Shown here piece by piece: positions 13,940-25,670 of a stretch of 64,000 nucleotides of DNA. The DNA is from Anthoceros angustus. Its lineage: Eukaryota > Plantae > Anthocerotophyta. The stretch spans positions 186,001 to 250,000 of the forward strand of contig MU008173.1 of NCBI GenBank assembly GCA_010909165.1, given 5' to 3'. Below the pieces are notes generated by a model. That model was not told the origin of the DNA. It did not search any database and saw nothing but the letters and a program-made list of their open reading frames with translations. A program made the translations under genes and the position numbers. Every line of letters starts with the position of its first letter. Position 1 is the first letter of the stretch.

Positions 13940-15900
13940 CCCCTTTCCCTATATAGCCATTGTAGTATAACCAAGAATGGCGGGAAGTGTGAAAGTGTTG
14001 GAAAGGAACTGTGGAACGCCAAATTTTGGGTCCACGGTTAGAAGAGGGGCGGATGCCTCTTAGTTTTGTTCATATTAGTTAGGTTTTATTTTTCTTTTTC
14101 TTTTTCTCACCAATGTAATCGACGGAAGACAACAAGAGTGAGTTGAGAAGCGGACAGATTTGCCCCGACCGGACGGATGTAAAGGAGGAAAACGGATTCA
14201 AACGGGTCCAACTCGAAAGGACGGAGGTCCGGACAGAGGTCCGGAAAGCTGAGAGGGGAGGAGGTTCGAAGGGCCGAACCGCCAAAGGAGGGTTGGTGCG
14301 GGCCTAGTGGCGGGCGGCGCCAGTCACGCCCCCGCCTGGGGCCGACGAACATGGGAGTAAGGTTCTTACTCCACCGGAAGACGCGCGAGAGAGGCTCCTC
14401 GCGAGTTGTGGCCGCGCCACGGTGGAGAAGCGCGGCACGAGACAGGCGAGAGGAGGAAGAGGCGCAAAGACTAAGGAGGGAGCGATGCAAGCATATATAG
14501 AGAAATCATCCTTGGCGCCGGAGGAGGAAATCGGCCGTCCTTGGCCTTCTGAGGGTTTGACAAGGAAGACGGACCGCGGCGGGTTAGGGTCATGCAGCGT
14601 CCTTTCCCTATATAGCCATTGTAGTATAACCAAGAATGGCGGAAGTGTGAAAGTGTTGGAAAGGAAGCGTGGGCAGCAAATTTTGGGTCCACGGTTAGAA
14701 GAGGCGGATGCCTCTTAGTTTTATTCATATTAGTTAGGTTTTATTTTTCTTTTTCTTTTTCTCACCAATGTAATCGACGGAAGACAACAAGAGTGAGTTG
14801 AGAAGCGGACAGATTTGCCCCGACCGGACGGATGTAAAGGAGGAAAACGGATTCAAACGGGTCCAACTCGAAAGGACGGAGGTCCGGACAGAGGTCCGGA
14901 AAGCTGAGAGGGGAGGGAGGTTCGAAGGGCCGAACCGCCAAAGGAGGGTTGGTGCGGGCCTAGTGGCGGGCGGCGCCAGTCACGCCCCCGCCTGGGGCCG
15001 ACGAACATGGGAGTAAGGTTCTTACTCCACCGGAAGACGCGCGAGAGAGGCTCCTCGCGAGTTGTGGCCGCGCCCTCTCCCTAAGAAGGTGAAGAAGGCG
15101 GAGGAGGAAGAGGCGGAGGAGGAAGAGGCGCAAAGACTAAGGAGGGAGCGCATGCAAGCATATATAGAGAAATCATCCTTGGCGCCGGAGGAGGAAATCG
15201 GCCGTCCTTGGCCTTCTGAGGGTTTGACAAGGAAGACGGACCGCGGCGGGTTAGGGTCATGCAGCGTCCTTTCCCTATATAGCCATTGTAGTATAACCAA
15301 GAATGGCGGAAGTGTGAAAGTGTTGGAAAGGAAGCGTGGGCAGCAAATTTTGGGTCCACGGTTAGAAGAGGCGGATGCCTCTTAGTTTTATTCATATTAG
15401 TTAGGTTTTATTTTTCTTTTTCTTTTTCTTTTTCTCACCAGAATGGAAGACAGCAAGGGTAGCATGGAAGCGGGCGGGGCGGTTTGATCCCATGGACGGA
15501 AAGGAGGAAAACGGCAGGTCCAGCAGTGGAAAGGACGGAGGTCCGGACGGAGGTCCGGAAAGTTCTGTGAGAGGGGAGGTTCGCGAAGGGCCGAACTGCC
15601 AAGGAGGGTTGGTGCGGGCCTAGTGGCGGCGGCGCGGAGTCACCGTTCGGTCGAACGGACATGCGGGAGTAAGGTTCTTACTCCAGTGGAAGCCGAGAGG
15701 CTCCTCGCGAGTTGTGGGCCGCCGAGTGGAGGCAGGCGCGAGCAGTCAGCGAGAGGAGGAAGAGGCGCGGCACCAAGGAGGGCGCATGCAAGCATATAGA
15801 AATCATCCTTGGCGCTCGGAGGAGAAATCATCCTTGGCCGGAGGGTTTGGACGGGGAAGAGCGGACCGGGTTAGGGCTGCGGCGTGCGGGGTGACCCTTT
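13940..15900 (+). repeat. ~660-bp tandem repeat, 3 units (third diverged)
   Basis: TTCCCTATATAGCCATTGTAGTATAACCAAGAATGGCGG recurs at ~13946, ~14604 and ~15271. Duplicated ORF text in ORFs 14422-14718 and 15062-15385. Confidence 0.92.
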
Positions 15901-18900
15901 GCATGTCTGCTGATTTTTCTTCCTTGGGCTTTGGCAATTGTGACAATGGAAAATTTCTTCCTTGGCCTTCGTGGTTGAGGAATTCTAACGTCTGAAGGGA
16001 AAAGGTCCTTGGCCTTGGACAGGGAAATTTTCGTCCTTGGCCTTTGGGTGTGGAAAATCCTCCTCACCCTATATATGTGGGCAGAGGAGTGTTTAGCTCA
16101 TTTGAGTTGGTCGAGGATCAAGGACGGAGGCGGAGGGAGAAACAGAGGACACTGGAGAACACTTAGAAGAATTTGAGGGGAGAGCATAGCAGGAGGATTT
16201 TTGGAAGAAGACTCGGGCGTAAGTGGAAGATGAAGACGCGCAAGCCCGGAGGAGTGCGCAAGGCGTCCAGCAGAGGCGGAGCTGTCAAGGAGAAGAAGAA
16301 AGAAAAGTGTGAAGGAGAAGCCGAGAAGGATCCGCCGAGAAGGAGGGGCCGGATTTTGTGAGCCGCAAGTCTCCTCCGAGACTTATGGGATTTTCGCTGG
16401 GTCAAAAAATGTGCAGCCCAAAGGTTTACGATAGGCATTGGGCCTATTCTAATGTGGAATTGGTTGAGTCTTGCTACGATCGACGGAGGGAGAAACAGAG
16501 GACTGACGGAGAGGAACGTGCGGAGATCCGAAGGGATGGGTATCCAAACATTCGAAAGGTGTATGGGAGGCCGAAACCGAGAGTGATGGGGTGGCTCCGA
16601 GAGGAATGAAGATGGAAGAGAGCAGTGGTGGTCGACCTTCCCGAGGAAGCTCAAGATGCTCATCGGAGGGATAGACGCCAAGGAAGGAGAAGAAGAGCTG
16701 GAGGATGATAAGATTGCGACCTCAAGTGGAAGCTTTTACAAGGATAGTTTTGGGCTGACTGTCACGAACCACCTACTTGAAGGCATTCTTTCATTTCATG
16801 TGGAAGCGCAAGGAGCTCACCGACTGGGGACAACCATGTCAAGGCCTATGAGCATCACCGAGACAAGTCACGAGGCCAAACATTGTGGACAATGAGGGGG
16901 CGAGGCACAGCCATTTGAGTACTTACCTTGTGCAGTTGTGGGGGGCACATGGGTTACTGACGGAAGAAGAGCTGGAGGAGTCTTACCAGCCGTTTGAAGT
17001 GGTCCCTCTGAGGGACGGTACAGGGGTCCCTCTCCCTAAGAAGGTGAAGAAGGCAGAGGAGGAACCCAAGGTGGAGCAAGGGAGTGCTTCACCTCAGGTG
17101 GTGATTCTGGATGATGAGACCACCCCTCCCGACGCCAAGGAAGGAGAGGTGGCCCTGTGGGGAGACAAGGGCACAAGAGGAAGAGGTGGCGGTGCCACCA
17201 TGTGTCTGAGGCAACCCCATGGAGTGGTGGTGGATGTAACCCACCCTGTGAGATGACCGAAATGGAGTTCCACCCAACATCGGCGGTCGGAGTGGAGAGA
17301 CTCACCAAGAGAAAGGCAGAGTCGACTGTGAGGGGAATGAGAAGACAAAGGCTTTGAAGGATGTCACCATCTCCGCCTAATTGACACTCCATTAGTGAAG
17401 CAGCCTTACGGAGGTGGAGGAGTTGGAGGTGAGAGGCGCCGTCAGACAAGCAAGTACCCTACTCGGTGGGGAGAAGGATAGCAAGGCTATCAAGGAGATG
17501 GCGTTGGCAAAGGCGCCTAGTTGACTGGAGAGGAGGTTGGGGCTCAAAGAAGATTGAAGAACAAAGGCCGAGACAAGAAAGTAGGGAGCGAATGAAGGAA
17601 GTGGCTACCCTCAATCGTAAGATTGAGGAGACCGCCCGATGTGGGAAGGAGCAGTACTCACTCTTCAGCCGAGAAGAAAGAGAATAGGGACGATCAAGAC
17701 TGCCCGGGAGGCCGAGGCCAAGCCAAGAATGAAGAATCGAGGCCAAGCTCAAGGAGCTGGAGGAGGACAGCCACATGGAGCAAGGAGCGTGAGGAGCTCC
17801 TAAAGCAAGCAACGGAGGTGACCAACGGAAGGAAGAGGTAGCCCACCGAGGAAAATGATGCATCGCATGTCGGTCGTCAGAAGCAACGCCCAGCCGACTA
17901 TGCATGGCGCAAGGGATACCGGAGGCATGGAAGAGAGATGCCGAGAATGTCACTCTGCGCCTGCTTGAGTGAGGTGACGCTGAGAGGATGCTATGGTAAG
18001 ATAGCCTCGGAGAGTGGCCGAGGAATTTGATGAGATTTGTTTGAAGGGCCGTGAGATGCAGTCCACTTACATGCTAGGGTCAACAAGTTTGCCAAGGAGA
18101 TGCCTTGTTGACAAGGAAGTTGTTGGGTCCCCACGATGACGAGGAGATTTTGGAAGAATTGCACCCCGCCTCGAGATTGGACTTGAGAGTGAAATGGATG
18201 CGAAGGCTCAATGTGGGAGGAGCCAATGGAAGAGGAAGAGATTTCCAGCCGTAGAGTTGGTGGGGTGTCTGGCAGATGTGAGTTGCACCAACACCCAACC
18301 GCCTGGAGGTAATTGGCAGCAAGACAGATGGCTATAGAGGCCGGTGCCTCTACAAGAGCGCCTGCAAGAGGGGTGGCGCCCACCGCCTCAACAACAAGAT
18401 CGCCGAGACAGTGTGGAGGTTCTGTCATGACGAGTGAAGAGATCCTGACAGGGACACCCCAAGCCAAGAGGAGGAAGATGGTGGTTGGGCCAACACCCAA
18501 GAAGAAGTAGGCGATAGTTGGTAGGGAGTGAATGGGTCATTAAGACCCCTAGGGGTTAGTGGGATTGTTAGGAGGTAGGTTAAGAACCTTTTAAGAGGCC
18601 ACCTACTTAAAACCGTAAGCAACCCCACCTACCCCACCGACTTAATTAATGCTAGGGTTTGGGGAGCTCCTATAAGAGGGGAGGAGCTCCCATAATAAAA
18701 TGTCATGCCTTGCTCTCGACTGTGTGCTTGTCTTGCTACACAAGCGTGCGTCACCGTGTGAGGGTGCATGGTGTCCGTAGGGTCTTGAGGTGCGGTGACT
18801 GTGGTGAGGGCGGGGCCCAAACCTTTCTTCTGGAGGTAGCAGTGGGTAGCGTTCGAGCGGTGAGGCGGCATTGTGGTGCGTGACGGCATGGCTGTGACCG

Positions 18901-19044
18901 GGGAAGACCCCTAGCAAAATCCAAAGACGCGGACGCCACTTGGCCAAATGTCGGCCTAGGTCCGTGAGGGCAATGCCCTATGATCGAGGCGATTCTTTGG
19001 GGAGGCCGGGAGGCTGTGAGGGCGCCTGTAATGAGAAGTTAGCT

Positions 19045-19091
19045 AGGAAGAGTGGAAGAGGTAGATTAGAGAAGAGAGGAGAAGAGAGGAG

Positions 19092-19131
<40 letters not shown>

Positions 19132-19272
19132 GAGAGCGAGAGAGTGAGAGCGAGAGAGGACGAGAGAGGAGCTAGAGAGGATAGGGAGCAAGAGAGGAGA
19201 AGGAAGGAGCAAGAGAGAAAGAGAAAAGACAAAAGAGAAGAGAGGAGGAAGAAACCTAGAAAGAGAGGGAAG
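19045..19272 (+). repeat. Polypurine (GA/GAAA)-rich low-complexity tract
   Basis: Almost pure A/G run, e.g. GAGAGAAAGAGAGAAAGAGAAAGAGAAAGAGAGAGAGAGAGCG. Confidence 0.9.
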
Positions 19273-20709
19273 GTGAAATTTCAAGGGCGTGGATAAGAGC
19301 TTGAGGCGGCCCCAAATTTGTCATGAGAAGGGTCTTAGGGAGTGTAGGAGCTGCTGGTGGGAGGATTGCCCATCAGACGGTGATTTGGGTCCCAAGGTCG
19401 TGCAGATTAGGCGGTGCCTCTGGCGTAGTCGCCCGGGAGTCATCGCGAGGGTAGTGTGACTTCAGGGTGGGTCACCGGTGGCGCCGTAGAGGGGCGCTTA
19501 GTCACCGGGCGCCTGTGACGGGAGTCAGAGTCGAGAGGTCGGTCGGGGAGGCGCACCCTCCATTCGAAGTGGAAGGGCTCCCCACTCCTTCGTGGAACGA
19601 AACCCACCGACGAACCGACAGTGGGATAAGTGTGGCCGCTACAGGGCTGAGGGTTCCGGGGGTCCCGGGAACCTACCACCACAGGAACGCCGGTGCCGTG
19701 AAAGCAACATAAAAGCCTGTATCTATATGCACAAAATAGAAAAACTCTGGAAGGTGTGCCACACGAGGAACTATAAAAAAAAAACCATTCAGACCCACGC
19801 AGACTACATAGGAATAGTTTCCCTCCAAACCAACACGTTTTGTATTCACTCTACGCTTTTGCAAAAGTATATTCTCTACCTATTACAGAAGCCCGTTTGT
19901 GTCGTCACATCCGTCCTACTCATCCACTCCAGTTACACCCACTTGGAGCGGAAGCCGAATTCCTGCTTTCTATTCGTCTCTTTCCTGCCCAATGCACTCG
20001 GCGGCAGGTTCTATAAATCCTCGCAATTCATTTAACTTATTCCTGATAGCTTTTTTTTTCCACGGCATACAGATGTTTCCGTGACGTGAGGTTAAATCCG
20101 TAGTAAAGTATTACAGTTTCGTTTACATATAGCTCCTGCATATTTTTGGGATATAACCTCTTCGGCCCTTTCTTACTCGCGTCCATGACCGGTTGGTGAT
20201 TATGCCCTCGTACTATATACTCTTCCACATAACGCCCTTCAAACGCATCTGTATGCTCGGTTCTATACCAATGGACGAGGAAGTGAGGACGTGGGGCAAT
20301 CGACTTTGCCACCGACTTGCACTAAATTCATCAAGCTAACTTTCGTTCTCAAAACAAACAAAAAAAACTTGATGAGTTAGGGTTTGTTAACCGCTGAAAC
20401 TCATTGCTCAGACGAACGTTGGCGATCTGCATCGGGAGCGAGCCGTGAGGGCGTGGTCGGAGCAGATCTATACATCTCCATGTCGGGTCCGGACCGCCCA
20501 CCGTCACCTCCATCGCTTGGATCAGTAACTCGTAAGGCATAGACATACATCAGAATAATAATTGCTGGGCAGAAACATGACAGCCATCAACTAACTCTGG
20601 TCATAACCATGAGCATGTGATAGTCTTTTCATGTCCACAACAGCAATTGATAGCCTCACATGCTAGTCAACAGTTATCCAACAAGCAGTGTCATCAGCTG
20701 TAGTAACCA

Positions 20710-23700
20710 TGTCCGAAGCAGTCCACATCCGACATCAACCTCTTCAGGTGTTAGCTTTACCTCAGACCTGAAGGAGAAGGACCGATTCAACGGGACTAAA
20801 TACCCCGTGTGGAAGGTCCGCATGAAATCAACTCTGGTGGCCAGAGGGGTATGGAAGGTGGTAGATGGGACTCTCTTGAAGCCAGATCCGATTGCTAATC
20901 CACCAGCATTTAGAAAATAGAAAATGGGATCAGTTGAATTCAATTGCAGTTGCCTTACTAATTGGGGGTTTAGATGAGGTTCTCGTACCTGATGTGGAGT
21001 ACCATACTGGGAAGGGTATCTGGGACCAACTTGCAGCAACCTATGGCGTCTGAATATGCATACTGCAATACGCATGGAGTTTCTGACCTTCGCTACGAGA
21101 GGGGATGGTCGCTCCTCACGTTCTGAGGTTTCGCAATCAGCGAGCCCTAAGCCTTTGGTTCCAAGATGGATGAAGTTGAGGCAGCAGCCCAACTACTCAC
21201 ATCATTGCCTCCGTCTTTTCAGACCTTCATTAGCAGCTTCAATGGTCCTATACGCCAACCCCAAGTCGCTGGTGCCGCCCCCTCGTGAATTGAGATGTTA
21301 TAGGAGCCTCAAGAAGAACAAGGGCGTCTGAATTCCTCAGGGGGACACAGGTCAAAGGGGGATAAGGTTATGAGTGCTAGATTCAGAACACAGCTTGGGT
21401 TAGGAAGAGCACCTGGAGGTCGTTTAGACTCCAACTCTGGTTCTTCCGCCATACCCAAGCGAGCAACGCAATTGGTGTGGGCTTGACACCGGGCTCGTGA
21501 TTGCCGGAAAAGAAGGCGGTGAGCCGAAGGTCCGACCACACAACCAGCCCATGTCGTTGTTAAGGAAAAGGAGAAAGCTCGAAAGGGACCGTGAAGATCC
21601 TTACCGTTTGTCTCACAAGCTCGTTGCGATCTTTGATTCGTACCTTGATTCGAGGCTACCACTCACATCGCAATGATAAAAGCCTGCTTTTCTAACCCGA
21701 ACTGTGTCATATGAAAGACAAGGTTTTGTTAGGAGATGAACGGAGTGACACAAGCCTACAAGTTGAGGGTTCCGGAACCTGTACCTTCCTACTCGACGAC
21801 GGGTTGACCTTCGCTGTACATGATGTCCTCTTTGTACCAGACATGGCCAAGAACCTTCTCTCGTTGAGCAAGCTGATGCAAACTCGTGTTTATGGGATGC
21901 GAGTCGATAGTGAGAGCTGCTGCTTCTACAAGATAGACCATCCTACGGAGTGCTCATTCCAGGGTGTTCTGGAACACGATCGTGGTGACTGTCAGGTGTT
22001 CGCCACCTTGCTATTCCAGTCGGTTTCCCTAACTCAAAGCGCTAGCATCCTTGTGGCATGCACGTTTAGGCCATGCCAACAGGCACAAGCTAATAGATAT
22101 GTCCAAACAGTCGTGCCATAGGGAGCCACTCCCACCTTGTTTTAAGGATCTACTGCCCGCGAGTCTTGCATCCTAGCTAAGGTAGGGGAGCTCCCATTTC
22201 CAAAGCACGCCCATAGAGCAACCGCTTGGAGTTAGTCCATGCCGACTCTGAAAAATTAATGAGCCCTCTGGGGTGCTCAATATTATTTAACTATCACAAA
22301 TGACTTCAGGAGATACTCCTGGACCTATCCGATGCATCTTAAGAGTGATACCCTTGATTTCTTCCGGGAATGGTTACGGGTGCAGGCACTGGCCTCCTCA
22401 AGATGCTTCGCACAGACAACGAGACGGAGTTTGTCAACCATGCCTTTGATGATTTTCTCCGGGGAGCATGGCATCTGGGCCATGATTGTCCTCACACCCA
22501 GAATGTAATGGGGTTCGAGGTAAATGACCTCGCTTATGACACGTAGTATGCTTTTGTGGGCTGGCTTACCACAGAATTTTGGGCGGTTGTGGCGTACATA
22601 TATCTTGAGCAGTGCTTACAAGCTGTGCCAAACCCCTTCAAGTCTTTTGGCGCCAAGCCAAGCATCCTTCACCTTCGTGTTTTGGGTCCAGGCCTATGCT
22701 TACATTCCCAGAGAAGAGCAAGAAGCTTGACAACCGCGCAACCCTCGGTCGGGCCGGCTATAGTGACCGAGCCAAAGCTTATAAGCTTTTCGACCCTCAC
22801 ACGAGCCGTCACCCCTACGCAGGCCACTTTTGGAGCCATCCCACCACATCGCCGTCACGCCCTCTTGAGGGAGCTGCCATCCCTCCCGACGATCGATGCT
22901 ATCCATTATCCTCAAGATGATCGAGCCCTGGTGGCCCCGTTATACCCCCGCCCGCACAGTAGTTCCTGTGGTGCGTGAACCAGCCAAGCGGCCTCGCACC
23001 GAGAGGAAATTGATCAAGATAATGAACTCAATCATCAGCATGTCATTGAACAGAACGGTGATAACCTGGCCGGATATGAGGAATGTGATGCAGAGGTTAT
23101 GGAACCGTAACCCGAACGAGCTCCGGCCTCCACAAGGCATCGTCCACCACCTGACCAGTGGCGGGAACCACGATATGAGTCCTCGGTGGCGATCCCTTGG
23201 AGCCACTGTCGATACCATCGCTGCTGAGCCTCGCCTACAAGGAGGCCATAGCGGTCCGATAGGGCTCAATGGAAAGCACTGTTGAGGACGAGTACCGCCT
23301 CTCTTATCAAGAATAAGACTTGGGTGCCATCGACTGCCAGGGAGGAAACCCATATCCTGTAAGTGGGTTTTTAAACTGAAGCTCAATGCGAAAGGTGAGA
23401 TTGCCCGCTACAAGGCAGGCTCGTGGCAAGGGGCTTCACATAGGTGGAGGGCTTAGACTATCAGGAGACCTTCTCACCTGTCGTCCGCGCACAGTCGATT
23501 AGGATCCTTCTAGCACTGGCTGCTGAACTTGACCTGGATCTGGAGCAAATGGATGTGTGTACAGCTTTTCTGTATGGTGCCCTAGATGAGGAACTTTACA
23601 TGATGCAACCTGAAGGATACGAAGACAAGCGTCATCCAATGAAAGTTCTAAAGCTCCTCAAGTGTATCTATGGGCTCAAACAAAGTGGAAGAGTCTGGTA

Positions 23701-25670
23701 CATAACAATGCATTTGTACCTCCTTAGTATCAACTTCACACAGAGTGTAGCAGATTCCAACGCTTATCGCCGAGAAATGATTTCGCAGTTGGTCTTGTAT
23801 GTGGATGACGTAATCCTCGCAACCAACAACTAACCGTTATTAGCCGAGATCAAGACTATGCTTAGCACACGATTTGATATGAAGGACATCGGTGAACTCA
23901 GGTTCTGTTTGGGAATACAGATCCTGAGGGTTAGGCAAGAAGGGCTGCTAATCATACACCAGCACAAGTACATAGGAGATATCCTCTGTAAGTTCAAGAT
24001 GGATCAAGCTAGACCAGCAACAACACCCTTCGCTACAGGTGATAAGCTTACCAGTGAACAATGCCCACAGTCCGATGCAGACATGATGGAAATGAAGGAC
24101 ATCCCTTACAGGCATGCAGTAGGAAGTCTTATTTTGCCAATCGACGAGAACATCCAAGATATCTGTAATCGCTTCGCCTTGAACGACCGCAAAGCCTTGG
24201 GTGGCGGTTAAAAGGATTTTCAGGTACCTTAAGGGCACACGAACAACAGGTTTATTCTACAAAAGTTCAGGGCAAGGTAAGTTAACCTTGGAGGGTACAG
24301 ATGCCGATTATCGACTGGATACATTCCGGGAAAGCCTCCATCGTTTCATCTCCTTCCAGCGGGTGAACCGTCATGTAAGAAACAGTCGTCCATCGCTTTA
24401 TCTTCTACGGAGGCTGAGTATAAGTCACTCACGGATGCCTCTAAGGAAGCTAAATGGGAACGCAGTTTTCTCAAAGACCTCGACCAAGAGTGTAATTGCC
24501 TACATACGCCTTTGTGACAACATGTTTGCTAGCTGGTGGCTAACCCTAGGTTCCATGCACGAACAAAGCACATAGAAATCCAACATCACTATGTGAGAGA
24601 TGTAGTGGAAAGAGGGGTTGTAAAAGTTGACTATACTAGCACTGACGAGAATGTGGCTGATATCCTCACCAAAGGCCTGCCCAAGTATAAGCACTATAAA
24701 CACCTAGCAGGCCTAGGGCTGGAATTACTCTTCCTACTTTCATGACACGAGTTGAGTACTTATCTGGAAGGTGGGGGTGGGAACCCGAAGGTTCCCGGTG
24801 TTGTAGTGTTGGTGTAGGCCGACGTCTTTCACTGGCCTGCACTTAGGACTACACACCGCACTGCCGAGGAGTCACAGCCTGTAAGGAACACATAGGGATG
24901 CCTGTCTTGGATGAAGCTCACCAAGAACTAATCGCCTTGTACCGCCTGCCAGGCTCAGCCTGGTTTGTATCCTGCTCCTCTTTCGGGTAATGGCACACTC
25001 CTAGCGATGAGTAGGGTCTCCACCTATCCCCCATAGTCGCCCTCGGCCTAGCGGCAAGGATGGGCGGTGATGAGTAGCGAGCACTGTGCTCCAGCCTTCT
25101 CCGCCTCGCTGGCACGAGCCTTTGCCGTGCCGGGGTATGGTGTCCTGTGCACAGGGAGGCTGTTCACCCTGTTCACTAGTTCCTGCAACGAGGCGCAGTA
25201 CTCCCATGACTTCTTCTCTTGCGCGCCTGGTTGCTGACCATGTTTCTTTTCTCTCTTCCTCTTTTCGTGCTGCACCTCTAGCTCAGAGGGGTTGTGCCCC
25301 CGTGTCTTCACCGCAAGCAGGTAATCGAGCACTGTGGGTGCGTGCAAGAAGGAGACTGCTGGCGGTCAGAATGAGTAGGAGCGTAATGAAGAAGGCTTCC
25401 ATCATTGTGCCTTTTGTAGTCTCTTACACTGGCCTCCTGGGGCATGGGGCGGGAGTTCTCGGCCGTGAACCACGCTTATGTATTAACCTAGTAGGTGCTT
25501 TAGAGGAGTGTTGAGATAAAAGCCGACCTCTGGTTAAGTAGTCTAACTAGGGTTAGGAGAAACGTGGTTAGTTGGTCAAGTATAAAAGGGCACATACACT
25601 ATGTTATTTTTTGCTTTTCTATTATGTAAAGTCTGCTTTTGTTTTTACATCTCTGATTAGAAAACCAACA
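20710..25670 (+). mobile_element. Ty1/Copia LTR retrotransposon (frameshifted gag-pol, 3' LTR present, 5' LTR not found)
   Basis: gag FNGTKYPVWKVRMKSTLVARGVWKVVDG; VHDVLFVPDMAKNLLSLSKL; LWHARLGH (~22050); RT CKWVFKLK, GLDYQETFSPVV, QMDVCTAFLYG, YGLKQSGRVW, YVDD; RNase H NPRFHARTKHIEIQHHYVR...ADILTK, stop at 24745. Confidence 0.93.
25509..25670 (+). repeat. Copia 3' LTR (162 bp)
   Basis: PPT AGAGGAG directly before TGTTG at 25509; ends CCAACA at 25670; internal TATAAAA. Confidence 0.75.

Larger units (their letters stand above)
12850..19700 (+). mobile_element. Probable degenerate LTR-retrotransposon (Gypsy-like) remnant
   Basis: Frameshifted E/K/R-rich coiled-coil ORF remnants at 16200-18510. 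Purine tract AAGAGGGGAGGAG shortly before TGTCATGCC at 18701, then an LTR-like GA-rich segment. No RT or integrase motif seen; borders uncertain. Confidence 0.35.

Noticed and set aside
18940-19296. RE-repeat 'protein' ORF
   Set aside because: It is simply the translation of the GA-rich low-complexity tract.
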